Shown one piece after another: positions 18,730 to 30,176 of a DNA stretch of 64,000 bases. Where the stretch lies: assembly GCA_035703635.1 (NCBI GenBank), contig DASSXV010000041.1, positions 1 to 64,000 of the forward strand, written 5' to 3'. The notes under the pieces are model-generated. The model searched no databases. It was not told the DNA's origin and saw only the letters and a list, made by a program, of their open reading frames with translations. Each line of letters begins with the position of its first letter. Position 1 is the first letter of the stretch. Source of the DNA: Trueperaceae bacterium. Lineage in GTDB: Bacteria; Deinococcota; Deinococci; Deinococcales; Trueperaceae. The position numbers and the translations under genes are program-made.

Positions 18730-20298
18730 ATGAAGAAACTAGTACTCGCTGCCGCGCTCTTCCTAGCACTGGGAGCCGCTGGTGCCCAGACGCTCGTATA
18801 CGGGGTGTCAGGTTACCCAACGTCGCTCGACGCTATCGACACCACGGACGGCAACTCGCTGGTCGTCAGCTCGCAGATCGCCGAGCGCCTCATCGACTTC
18901 GCTCCCGGCTCCACCGAACTTGCCCCGGCACTAGCCACCTCGTGGAGCGCCAACGAGGACGCCACCGTCTGGACCTTCAAGCTGCGCGAGGGCGTCAAGT
19001 TCCACGACGGCACGCCGTTCAACGCCGAGGCCGTCAAGTTCAACATCGACCGCGTCAACGTGGCGGACAACCCCTACGGCAACCGCGCAGAAGGCAAGAC
19101 GTTCGTGATGTGGGAAGACACCTTCGGGGGCACCATCGGCAACGGCAACCTCGTTGCTGACGTGGTCGTGGTCGACGAGTACACCGTCACCATGAACCTC
19201 ACGCAGCCTGCGCCGTTCCTCCCGACCCTGTGGGCGGCCGTCTACTTCCAGTTCGGCAGCCCGGACGCCATCAAGGCCGCCGGCATCAACTACGGCACCC
19301 CTAACGCCGGCATCGTCGGCACCGGGCCGTTCAAGTTCGTCGACTGGGTCGAGGGCGAGCGCGTCACGCTCGAGCGCAACGACGACTACTGGGGTGGCCC
19401 AGCTGGCGTAGAGGGCGTCGTCTTCCGCGCCGTCACCGAGCCGACAGCGCGCCTCGCTGAGCTGCAGGCCGGCACCATCGACATCGCCGTGCTCCTCACC
19501 TCAGACGACCTCCCCACCGTCCAGAACGACCCGAACCTCGTTGTTCAGGTCCCAGACTCCGAACTCAACGTCGGCTACGTCGCCATTCACCTCGACCACG
19601 CCCCGCTCGACAATGTCCTCGTTCGTCGCGCCATCAACCACGCCGTCGACCGCGCAGCGATCGTCGACGCCTTCTACCAGGGCCTCGGCGTGGTGGCGGA
19701 AGACCTCCTGCCGCCGTCCCTCTTCGGCCACGGTGAGCCATGGCCTTACGACTACAACCCTGAGCGCGCCAAGGAGCTCCTTGCGGAGGCCGGCTTCCCG
19801 AACGGCTTCGACACCGAGTTCTGGTTCATGCCAGTCAGCCGCCCGTACTTCCCTTCGCCACAGCCGATCGCCGAGACCATCGCCACCTACCTAGCTGACG
19901 TCGGCATTCGTGCCGAACTGAAGACCGAGGACTGGACGACGTACGGCGCCGACTACCGCGCAGGCAAGTTCGCCATGTACATGATCGGCTGGAACGCCGA
20001 CTACGCCGACCCAGACAACTTCCTCCTCACCTTCTTCGGCCCGTCGGCCGTCGGCCGCAGCGGTTGGGACAACCCAGAAGTCCGCGACCTCCTCGACCGC
20101 GCCCGCCAGATCTCCGACCAGACCGAGCGCGCCGCGCTGTACGCCCAGGTCAACGACATGGTGGCTGACGAGGCCATCGTCATGCCGATGGCGCACAACC
20201 GCAGCCTTGCCGCCACCCGCAGCAACATCTCCGGTTGGGTTTCGAGCCCGCTCGGGTTCAGCTCCGTGAGCCTGCACCCGATCACCAAGACCGAGTAA
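18730..20298 (+). CDS. ABC substrate-binding protein, family 5, copy 2
   Basis: GGAGG RBS, signal peptide MKKLV...AGA-Q, LREGVKFHDGTPFNAEAVKFN; clear paralog of 12184-13743. Confidence 0.92.
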   Translation: MKKLVLAAALFLALGAAGAQTLVYGVSGYPTSLDAIDTTDGNSLVVSSQIAERLIDFAPGSTELAPALATSWSANEDATVWTFKLREGVKFHDGTPFNAEAVKFNIDRVNVADNPYGNRAEGKTFVMWEDTFGGTIGNGNLVADVVVVDEYTVTMNLTQPAPFLPTLWAAVYFQFGSPDAIKAAGINYGTPNAGIVGTGPFKFVDWVEGERVTLERNDDYWGGPAGVEGVVFRAVTEPTARLAELQAGTIDIAVLLTSDDLPTVQNDPNLVVQVPDSELNVGYVAIHLDHAPLDNVLVRRAINHAVDRAAIVDAFYQGLGVVAEDLLPPSLFGHGEPWPYDYNPERAKELLAEAGFPNGFDTEFWFMPVSRPYFPSPQPIAETIATYLADVGIRAELKTEDWTTYGADYRAGKFAMYMIGWNADYADPDNFLLTFFGPSAVGRSGWDNPEVRDLLDRARQISDQTERAALYAQVNDMVADEAIVMPMAHNRSLAATRSNISGWVSSPLGFSSVSLHPITKTE

Positions 20299-20321
20299 CC
20301 TCGGCACTACACCGACTCGCT

Positions 20322-20360
20322 CGCCGGGAGCGCCCGTTCGTTGGGCGCTCCCGGCGTTTT
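20322..20360 (+). terminator. Rho-independent terminator
   Basis: CGCCGGGAGCGCCC / GGGCGCTCCCGGCG 14-bp stem followed by TTTT. Confidence 0.85.
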
Positions 20361-20403
20361 CGTGGCCACGCGGCCACTGCGTGACGGCCGTACAGTAGGA
20401 CGC

Positions 20404-21777
20404 ATGAACCTCGTTCAGGAACTCGAGCGCCTCCTTGGCGCCGACCGCGTTGACGCGACGGCTGCTGGCCGCGCCCAGCACTCGCGCGGCGAGTCGTACG
20501 CGCAAGCCGTGTACCCGGAGGCGGTCGTCTACCCACGAAGCACGGCCGAGGTCAGCGCCGTCATGCGCTTCGCGGCGGGCGCTGGCGTGCCCGTCACCCC
20601 GGTCGGGGCGAACTCCAGCCTCGAGGGCCACACGGTGCCCGTCGCTGGCGGCATCTCGCTTGACGTGTCGCGACTGGACCGCGTGCTCGAAGCACACCCG
20701 GAGGACCTGCTCATCGTCGTGCAGCCCGCCGTCACTTACCCGCGCGTCAACGATCACGTGCGGCGCCACGGCTTGTTCTTCCCGATCGACCCTGGCGCTC
20801 ACGCCTCGATCGGCGGAATGGTCAGCACGAACGCCTCAGGCACCGCTGCCGTGCGCTACGGCACCACAGGCGATTACGTCATGGCGCTCGAGGTAGTGAC
20901 GCCGACGGGTGAGGTCCTGCGCGTGGGCAACCGCGCCCGCAAGTCAGCTAGCGGCTACGACCTCTGCGCGCTCTTCACTGGCGCGGAGGGCACGCTTGGC
21001 GTGATTACCGAAGTGACGCTGCGCCTCGTAGGCCTGCCGGAAGCCGCCGCGGCCGCGAGGGTGCCTTTCCCAGACGCGCAGTCGGCGACGGGGTTCGTGA
21101 CGCGCCTGATCCAGGCGGGCGTGCCGGTGGCGCGCTGCGAGTTGGTCGATGCCCTCAGCATCCGCGCTGCCAACGCCTACTCCGGCACCAACTACCCGGA
21201 GGAGATGACGATCTTCCTCGAGTTCCACGGCAACCAAGCCGGGATCACCGCCGAGGTGGACCTGGCGCGCGAGTTGGCGCTGGACGGCGGCGCGATGACC
21301 TTCGAGTCAGCCACGGATGCCAGCGAGCGTGCGCGGTTGTGGGAGACGCGCCACACCATGCTCTTCGCCTCCAACGCCGCGCACCCTGGGCAGGACAGCC
21401 TCATCACCGACGTGGCGGTGCCCATCTCCCACTTGCCTAGCGCCCTGACGGCCGCCCTTGACGACTGCGCCGCCAACGACATAGACGCCAACCTGGTCGG
21501 GCACGTTGGCGACGGCAACTTCCACCTCACCCTCTACGTAGGAGACGACCCAGAGCGCCGCGCGGCCGCGCAGGGCGTCGTCGACCGCATGACCTACCGC
21601 GCCATCGAAGTCGGCGGCACGGCAACGGGCGAGCACGGCGTTGGCCTGCGCAAGCTCAAGTACATGGAGCGTGAGCATGGCAGCGCCCTGAACCTCATGC
21701 GGGCCATCAAAGCCACACTCGACCCGGCGGGCATCATGAACCCAGGCAAGAAGCTCCCGCCGCCAAGCGCCGAGTGA
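20404..21777 (+). CDS. FAD-linked oxidase, D-lactate dehydrogenase/GlcD family
   Basis: GANSSLEG, FPIDPG, TNASG, GAEGTLG, GHVGDGNFH, GEHGVG, DPAGIMNPGK. Confidence 0.9.
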   Translation: MNLVQELERLLGADRVDATAAGRAQHSRGESYAQAVYPEAVVYPRSTAEVSAVMRFAAGAGVPVTPVGANSSLEGHTVPVAGGISLDVSRLDRVLEAHPEDLLIVVQPAVTYPRVNDHVRRHGLFFPIDPGAHASIGGMVSTNASGTAAVRYGTTGDYVMALEVVTPTGEVLRVGNRARKSASGYDLCALFTGAEGTLGVITEVTLRLVGLPEAAAAARVPFPDAQSATGFVTRLIQAGVPVARCELVDALSIRAANAYSGTNYPEEMTIFLEFHGNQAGITAEVDLARELALDGGAMTFESATDASERARLWETRHTMLFASNAAHPGQDSLITDVAVPISHLPSALTAALDDCAANDIDANLVGHVGDGNFHLTLYVGDDPERRAAAQGVVDRMTYRAIEVGGTATGEHGVGLRKLKYMEREHGSALNLMRAIKATLDPAGIMNPGKKLPPPSAE

Positions 21778-22760
21778 CGGCGGCACCCTACCCACTGCTA
21801 CTAACGCCGCGCCTCTACCGGCGTTTATGGGGCGGCGAGCTGCTTGCCGACTGGTTCGGCTCCGCGACCGTCAGTGGCCCCGAGCACGAACCGGTCGGGG
21901 AGGCGTGGCTGATGGACGGAGCCAGCGTCATCGCTAACGGCGCCAGCCGCGGTCTGACCCTCGATGAGGTAGCCGCCAAGTGGGGCGCGCAGCTGCTTGG
22001 GGAAGAAGTACATGCGCGCTACGGGGCGAAGGTGCCACTCCTAGCTAAGTTCCTTGACGCCGCCGCAGACCTCTCGGTGCAGGTCCACCCGGACGACGCC
22101 TACGCCTTGCGTGAGCACCCTGGTAGCGGCCACCTCGGCAAGGCCGAGGCTTGGTACCTCCTCGAGGCGGCGCCCGGCGCAGAGGTGCTGTGGGGCTTCC
22201 AGCGCGCGGTGACTCCCGCCGAGGTAAGGCGCGCCGTTGCTGACGGCACCATCACGGGCCTCATGCGCCACCTGCCGGTGGCGCCAGGCAGCGTGGTCGT
22301 CAACCCAGCAGGGACCGTGCACGCCGTCGGGGCTGGCTGCATGCTGTTCGAGATCCAGCAGGCAAGCGACCTCACCTACCGCCTGTTCGACTACGGACGC
22401 CTTGGCGGCGACGGGCAGCCGCGCACCCTGCACCTCGATAGGGCCCTCGACGTCGCCGACCTGCGCGGCTGGCCACCGCCACCGCCGCAGCGAACGGTCT
22501 TGCCGGACGGCTGGACGCGCATCGTTGCCCAGGCGGAGTTCACCCTCGACCGGCTAGCACTCGCCGGTGGCGCCTGGCGCAGCGCGGTCGACGGCCGCTC
22601 GTTCCAGGTGCTCGTGGTGATCGAGGGGGCGTTGGAGCTGCGCAGCGCTGGGGGAGACGTGGCGCTGCCGGTAGGCACCACGGCCTTCCTGCCTGCAGCC
22701 CTGGGGGAGTACGAGCTTAGTGGGCGGGGCGCGATCTTGCGCTCGGCGGTGGGGTCATGA
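21774..22760 (+). CDS. manA: Mannose-6-phosphate isomerase, class I
   Basis: LWGG, GEAW, PLLAKFLDA, LSVQVHP, KAEAWY, GTVHA, EIQQASDLTYRLFDYGR. Confidence 0.88.
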   Translation: MTAAPYPLLLTPRLYRRLWGGELLADWFGSATVSGPEHEPVGEAWLMDGASVIANGASRGLTLDEVAAKWGAQLLGEEVHARYGAKVPLLAKFLDAAADLSVQVHPDDAYALREHPGSGHLGKAEAWYLLEAAPGAEVLWGFQRAVTPAEVRRAVADGTITGLMRHLPVAPGSVVVNPAGTVHAVGAGCMLFEIQQASDLTYRLFDYGRLGGDGQPRTLHLDRALDVADLRGWPPPPPQRTVLPDGWTRIVAQAEFTLDRLALAGGAWRSAVDGRSFQVLVVIEGALELRSAGGDVALPVGTTAFLPAALGEYELSGRGAILRSAVGS

Positions 22761-23326
22761 CCGCCGGCCGCTACGCCGAACAGCTCGGCCGCGTGGCGCT
22801 CGGCTCGACCAGCCCGGCGAAAGTGATGGCCGTAGAGGGGGCCCTCAGGCGCTTGCATGGGCAGTTCGTGGCCGTCACGCACGTGAGCGTGCCATCCGGC
22901 GTCGCCGCGCAGCCGCTCGGTGATGAGGAGGCGCGGCGCGGCGCGGCCAACCGCGCGCGCGCCGCCCTGCAGCTAGTGCCGGGTGCTCACCTCGGCGTCG
23001 GCATCGAGGGCGGTGTCGAGCGGCCATTCGGTGAGGGCGGGCCGCTGTTCGCCAGCGCCTGGGTCGTGGCGGTCGACCTCGAGGGCCGGAGCGGCGCGGC
23101 GCGCAGTGCCGCCTTCCAACTGCCGCCCTTCCTGGAGGCGCGCGTGATGGCGGGAGCCGAGCTCGGCAGCGCGCTTGACGCCGCTTACGGCCTCGAGCGC
23201 GCCAAAGACGGCCCCGGCGCAGCTGGGGTGCTGAGCCGGGGCCTGGTTACGCGCTCCGAACTTTACGAGCCTGCAGTGCTGCTCGCGCTGATGCCGTGGC
23301 TGGCGCCCGCACCAGGCCAGCCGTAG
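22757..23326 (+). CDS. yjjX: Inosine/xanthosine triphosphatase (YjjX/DUF84)
   Basis: GSTSPAKV, SGVAAQP, GAANRA, GIEGG, ELG, TRSELY. Confidence 0.8.
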   Translation: MTAGRYAEQLGRVALGSTSPAKVMAVEGALRRLHGQFVAVTHVSVPSGVAAQPLGDEEARRGAANRARAALQLVPGAHLGVGIEGGVERPFGEGGPLFASAWVVAVDLEGRSGAARSAAFQLPPFLEARVMAGAELGSALDAAYGLERAKDGPGAAGVLSRGLVTRSELYEPAVLLALMPWLAPAPGQP

Positions 23327-23330
23327 GGCG

Positions 23331-25739
<2,409 letters not shown>

Positions 25740-25835
25740 GTAGCTATTCAACCCCCAACTGACAGTGTGTCTCCGTAACGTGGCTGACGACGCCTAGGCT
25801 ACGTACTTAGTTGCATTAGAGGAGTAGCGGGCGGC

Positions 25836-27212
25836 CTAGAGCTCGATCGGGACGTCCCTCTCGGGCGTGGCGGTACGCAGACCGTCCGCATTGAGCTTGG
25901 CGGCGAAGGCGTCCATGACCTCCGGTTCGCCGTGCACGAGGTAGAGGCGTCGTGGCTGAGCCGCACCAAGGAAGGCCATGAGGTCATCGTGGTCAGCGTG
26001 CGCCGAGAAGCCCTTGATGTTCTCAACCTTGGCCCTGACGGCGATCTCCTCACCGAAGATGCGCACGCGCTCGGCGCCGTCGAGCAGCGTCCGCCCGAGC
26101 GTGCCAACGCCCTGGTAGCCGACGACCACGAGGCTGGCCTCCTCGCGCCACAGGTTGTGCTTGAGGTGGTGCTGGATGCGCCCGCCCGTCATCATGCCCG
26201 AGCCGGCGATTATCACGGCGCCGCCGGTGTGCTCGTTGATCTGCTTGGACTCTTCGGCGGTGACGGTGAACGTCAGCGTCGGCGGCGCGAACGGGTCCTC
26301 GCCAGCGGCCAACTCCTTCATGATCTCGGGCCTGAACTCGTGCGCGCAGCTCTGGTAGAGGCGCGTCATGCGCGCGGCCATGGGCGAGTCGAGATAGACG
26401 GGCACGCTCGGCACCGTGCCTGCCGTCATGTAGCGGTCGACGAGGTAAAGGACCTGCTGGGCGCGCTCCGTCGCGAAAGTCGGGATCATGACGTTGCCGC
26501 CGCGCTTCAACGAGCGCTCGAGCACGGCGAGGAAGTGCGCTTCCGTATCCGTGCGGCTCGGGTGGACGGTGTCCGCGTACGTCGACTCCATGATCAGCAC
26601 GTCGCAAGCGTTGGGTTTGGCGGCGGGCGCTTGGATGGTGCTCTCGCGGTTACCTAGGTCGCCTGAGAAGGTCACGCGCAGGTCGGGCGTGGTGACCTCG
26701 ATGTACGTGCTGCCGAGGATGTGGCCAGCGGGCCTGAACGTGGCGCTGACCTTGTCGTCGAGCGGCACCTTCACGTCTAGCTCGACCGGCCTGAAGCGCT
26801 TGAGGGTCTCCTCGACGTCCGCGGCCGTGTAGAGCGGGCTTCGCAGTTCCGACTCGCGGCCAGCGCGTCGCGCCTTGCGTAGCGCGCGCTTGTAGTCCTC
26901 CTCTTGTAGCTTGGCGGAGTCGCGCAGGATGATGCCAGCCACCTCGATGGTGGCTTGCGTCGCGAGGAGCGAGCCGCGGTAACCCCCCTTGACGAGGAGG
27001 GGCAGGCGCCCGACGTGGTCGAGGTGCCCGTGGGTGACGAGCACTATGTCGAGAGCGGCGGGTTCGAAGGGGAACGGTCGGTGGTTGAGGGCATCGAGGT
27101 CGGCTCCCCCCTGGAACAGGCCGCAGTCGACTAGGGCGCTCAAGCTGCCGACCTCGAAGTGGTGGCAGCTGCCGGTGACCGTCCGGGCAGCGCCCACGCT
27201 AGTTAGCTTCAT
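25836..27212 (-). CDS. beta-CASP metallo-beta-lactamase-fold ribonuclease
   Basis: VTGSCH, DCGLFQG, THGHLDHVG, AGHILGS, MESTY, GSGMMTGGRI, FSAHAD, VHGE. Confidence 0.9.
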   Translation of the reverse strand: MKLTSVGAARTVTGSCHHFEVGSLSALVDCGLFQGGADLDALNHRPFPFEPAALDIVLVTHGHLDHVGRLPLLVKGGYRGSLLATQATIEVAGIILRDSAKLQEEDYKRALRKARRAGRESELRSPLYTAADVEETLKRFRPVELDVKVPLDDKVSATFRPAGHILGSTYIEVTTPDLRVTFSGDLGNRESTIQAPAAKPNACDVLIMESTYADTVHPSRTDTEAHFLAVLERSLKRGGNVMIPTFATERAQQVLYLVDRYMTAGTVPSVPVYLDSPMAARMTRLYQSCAHEFRPEIMKELAAGEDPFAPPTLTFTVTAEESKQINEHTGGAVIIAGSGMMTGGRIQHHLKHNLWREEASLVVVGYQGVGTLGRTLLDGAERVRIFGEEIAVRAKVENIKGFSAHADHDDLMAFLGAAQPRRLYLVHGEPEVMDAFAAKLNADGLRTATPERDVPIEL

Positions 27213-28144
27213 GCTTGTCTCCATTCCAACCGTGCAGCCACCAAGTCACAGGTGACCAGACCGAGTTCCCGCAGGCGGCTCAAGTGCGCGGCCACGACAC
27301 AGAGGTTCAGGTGGTAGCGGGCGAGGTCGTCGATGACGATGCCGAGCGTGCGGCAGGCGGCGGCCAACACGCCTTCTGTGGTCGCGCCGTCGCAGGCGCC
27401 GAGGACGGCGTCAGCCGCGCGGAGCACGGCGCTGCGGTTGAGCGCCGCCACGCCAGCGAGGTCCTCCGTTGCGGCGCCGTGGCCAGGGAGGAGCACGCGG
27501 GCCGGCTGCCGCGCGATGGTGTCGTGAGCCGCCAACTGCCCGATCACGTCCTGCGCGAACAAAATGGGGTACTTAGCTAGCGTCTCCGAGCCGAAGACGG
27601 CGTCTGCCGCTAGTAGGACGTCGCCGATCAGTACGGCCAGCTGCCTGTGGGCGTGGCCGCGCACGTCCACGAGGGTGATGGTGACCTCACCTAGCGTGAG
27701 CTCACCCGGACCCACCACGCGGTGGACGGGGGAGGGGTCGGCCATGAGCCACTTGCCCTGCAGTTCCGGCAACGGTTTCGCGCCGTGGAACAGGTAAACG
27801 GGTTCGAGGTACGGCGTGCGGATGAGCTCGGCCTCGACCTCGGGTGCCCAGACCTGCGCTTCAGGGAACTGGCGGAGGAGGTAGGCGTTGCCGCCGAAGT
27901 GGTCGGCGTGGCTATGGGTGACGAGTATCACTTGCAGCGTCAGGCCAAGGCCGTCGAGCGCCTTGCGGATCTTGCGTCCGTACTCCTTGTCTAGGCCGCT
28001 GTCGACGAGCAGCGCACCGCCGTCTCCTAGGTCCACGATCGCGCAGTTCACCCCGCCAGGCACGGCGTGCACCCGGTCGGACAGCGCGACGGTCAGCGCG
28101 GCTCGCGGCGCGGCGGCTGCGGCACTAGTTCGGTCACCTGACAT
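27209..28144 (-). CDS. MBL-fold metallo-hydrolase
   Basis: VDSG, THSHADHFGGN, GH, AD, PGHG; ATGA overlap with downstream gene. Confidence 0.87.
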   Translation of the reverse strand: MSGDRTSAAAAAPRAALTVALSDRVHAVPGGVNCAIVDLGDGGALLVDSGLDKEYGRKIRKALDGLGLTLQVILVTHSHADHFGGNAYLLRQFPEAQVWAPEVEAELIRTPYLEPVYLFHGAKPLPELQGKWLMADPSPVHRVVGPGELTLGEVTITLVDVRGHAHRQLAVLIGDVLLAADAVFGSETLAKYPILFAQDVIGQLAAHDTIARQPARVLLPGHGAATEDLAGVAALNRSAVLRAADAVLGACDGATTEGVLAAACRTLGIVIDDLARYHLNLCVVAAHLSRLRELGLVTCDLVAARLEWRQA

Positions 28145-28200
28145 GCGTAAGGGTACAGGGCGCCTGGACGGCACGCCACCCCAGGGCGCCAACCATCCGT

Positions 28201-29520
28201 TTACGGCCGGCGCCGCAAGCGCGCCAGGTAGAAGCCGTCCAACCCCTCGAACGGCAGGATGTAGCTACCGGGCGTGGCCTGCACGTGCGGCAGCTGCAGC
28301 GCGCTAGGTTCGGCTGTGAACTCGCTATGAGCAGCCAAGAAGCGACCGACCACGCCGGGCCCCTCGTCCGGCGTCAGCGCGCAGACGGCGTAAGTGAGCA
28401 GGCCACCGGGCGCCGTCACCGCCGCGGCCGTCGCCAGCAACTGCGACTGGAGCTGCGCGGCCGCCTTCACGTCAGCAGGCGCAAGCCTCAGCTTGATCTC
28501 CGGGTGGCCCCTCAAGGTGCCCGTGCCGCTGCATGGGGCGTCGAGGAGGACGTAGGGCGCCGGCGTCAGCTCGAGGGGCCGTCGCAGGTCGGCCGTAACG
28601 TGGTGCGCCTCCAGACCGAGGCGCCGCAAGTTACGGACGGCGGCCGCTTGCCGGCGCGGCTCGAGCTCGACGGCGGTCACGTGAGCGCCGAGCGCGGCGA
28701 GCGCGGCCGTCTTGACCCCGCCGCCACTGGCGAGGTCGAGCACGCGGTCGCCCTCGCTGGCGCCGAGCGACAGCGCGACCGCCAGCGAGGCGGGGTTCTG
28801 CGGCTGCACCAGACCGCGCACGAAGGCGACCAGCCGGTCGACGCTCACCGGGGCCTTCACGCGCAGCGAACGCGGCCCACGTGACTCGGCGCCCAGGGGG
28901 TCGAGGGGGGCGACGGTGGCGCCGTCCTCCTCGACTAGCACGCGTGCCGCTTCCGGCGCCAAGGCCGTAAGCCACAGGGGTTCAGGCTCGAGCATGGCGG
29001 CCGCCGCGGCGGCCGCATGGTCGCCGATGGCAGCCCCGAACCGCGCGTACAGCCACGCTGGCAAGGAGGCCGCCAACGCTTCGTTCGTGCCGAACTGCGG
29101 GGCAACCACGCGGCGCAGCACGGCGTTGACGAGCCCAGTCAGTCGTGGCGCAGTGACCTTGGTGATCGCCACCCAGCCGTTGACGGCCGCGTAAGCGGGG
29201 GTGCCGCGGTAGAGGATCTCGTACGCACCTAACCGCAGCGCGTCGAGTACGCCTGGTGGCAGGCGGTCTGGCTTGGTTAGCAGGGGCGCCAAGGCCGTAT
29301 CGAGCTGCAGCAGACGCCTGAGCGTGCCGTAGGCAAGGTCAGTGGCGACGGCGCGCTCCTCGCGCGGCAAGCCGGAGGCGCTAAGGAGCTCGTGGAGAGT
29401 CGGGGCGAGGAACCCGCCGTGCTGCACCCGGCTGAGCGCCTCGAGTGCTACGCGTCTCGCGGGCTCCACTTGGCCGCGCTGGTTGCTCGCGGCAGGCGGG
29501 GCCGTGCGCTTCTCGCTCAC
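28201..29520 (-). CDS. rsmB: RsmB/Sun-type RNA m5C methyltransferase with NusB-like N-terminus
   Basis: LAYGTLR, LVNAVLRR, VLDLASGGGVKT, LLDAPCSGTG, YAVCA, DGFYLA. Confidence 0.85.
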   Translation of the reverse strand: MSEKRTAPPAASNQRGQVEPARRVALEALSRVQHGGFLAPTLHELLSASGLPREERAVATDLAYGTLRRLLQLDTALAPLLTKPDRLPPGVLDALRLGAYEILYRGTPAYAAVNGWVAITKVTAPRLTGLVNAVLRRVVAPQFGTNEALAASLPAWLYARFGAAIGDHAAAAAAAMLEPEPLWLTALAPEAARVLVEEDGATVAPLDPLGAESRGPRSLRVKAPVSVDRLVAFVRGLVQPQNPASLAVALSLGASEGDRVLDLASGGGVKTAALAALGAHVTAVELEPRRQAAAVRNLRRLGLEAHHVTADLRRPLELTPAPYVLLDAPCSGTGTLRGHPEIKLRLAPADVKAAAQLQSQLLATAAAVTAPGGLLTYAVCALTPDEGPGVVGRFLAAHSEFTAEPSALQLPHVQATPGSYILPFEGLDGFYLARLRRRP

Positions 29521-29570
29521 TGCGCCACGATACCCCGCTCCCCGGCCGCGCTCACGCACGACGGTGCGCG

Positions 29571-29873
29571 TCACTCCGCCAAGCTGGTGCGCGTTCCCTC
29601 CTCGCCGGCGAGCGTGAACGACTCGATGAGGAACCGCACGGCGGTGCGCTCCTCATCGTGCAGTTCGAGCTTCACGAACGAGGGCACGGTGTGAAGGCCG
29701 AGCCCCTCCGCTTCGATGTAGGAGCGGGAGATGGCGATGGCCTTGACGGCCTGGTTGACGGCGTGGGGCCCGATGGCCTGAACTTCGACCTCACCGGCGG
29801 TTCTTAAGAGGGCAGCGATGGCTCCAGCAACCGAGTTAGGTCGCGAGGTTCCTGAGACGCGTAGGATTTCGAT
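29571..29873 (-). CDS. spoVS: SpoVS family protein, probable ATC start codon
   Basis: EILRVSGTSRPNSVAGAIA...QAIGPHAVNQAVKAIAISR; GGAGGT 5 nt before ATC at 29873. Confidence 0.9.
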   Translation of the reverse strand: MEILRVSGTSRPNSVAGAIAALLRTAGEVEVQAIGPHAVNQAVKAIAISRSYIEAEGLGLHTVPSFVKLELHDEERTAVRFLIESFTLAGEEGTRTSLAE

Positions 29874-29960
29874 GTCCGACCTCCAAGATGCAAGAGTGAT
29901 TGATTGTGTACCGCCGCTAACCCACCACCCCGCTCTCGCGTCACGTCTTCGCGGCTTTCC

Positions 29961-29990
29961 TTGACACTGTGACGCCGAGGCGCTTATAGT
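29961..29990 (+). promoter_or_regulatory. Promoter of ilv-leu operon
   Basis: TTGACA (29961-29966), 18 nt, TATAGT (29985-29990). Confidence 0.8.
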
Positions 29991-29998
29991 GCCCGCCA

Positions 29999-30070
29999 AT
30001 GACGGTTTCACGGGTTGGAGCGACGATCAGCTGGGGCCTAATTACCAGTTCGTGGGTTCGCGCCGGCTAG
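29999..30070 (+). CDS. Putative ilv leader peptide MTVSRVGATISWGLITSSWVRAG (23 aa)
   Basis: ATG 8 nt after -10; 3 Val, 2 Ile, 1 Leu, 3 Thr; stops just before attenuator hairpin. Confidence 0.55.
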   Translation: MTVSRVGATISWGLITSSWVRAG

Positions 30071-30091
30071 CCGTCTTACAAGCCTGCTCAC

Positions 30092-30128
30092 GAGCCCCGC
30101 CGAAAGTACGGCGGGGCTTCTTCTTTTT
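30092..30128 (+). terminator. Attenuator terminator upstream of ilvB
   Basis: GAGCCCCGCCG-AAAGTA-CGGCGGGGCTT followed by CTTCTTTTT, between promoter and ilvB. Confidence 0.85.
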
Positions 30129-30176
30129 GAGCGTTCAGCTTGGCCAGCAACTTGCGAGGGTCGCGGAGGTTATCAG

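Noticed and set aside
25740..25835. HspR (HAIR) or CIRCE operator upstream of lon
   Set aside because: Only an imperfect palindrome (CTAGGCTACGTACTTAG) is present; it fits neither CTTGAGT-N7-ACTCAAG nor TTAGCACTC-N9-GAGTGCTAA.
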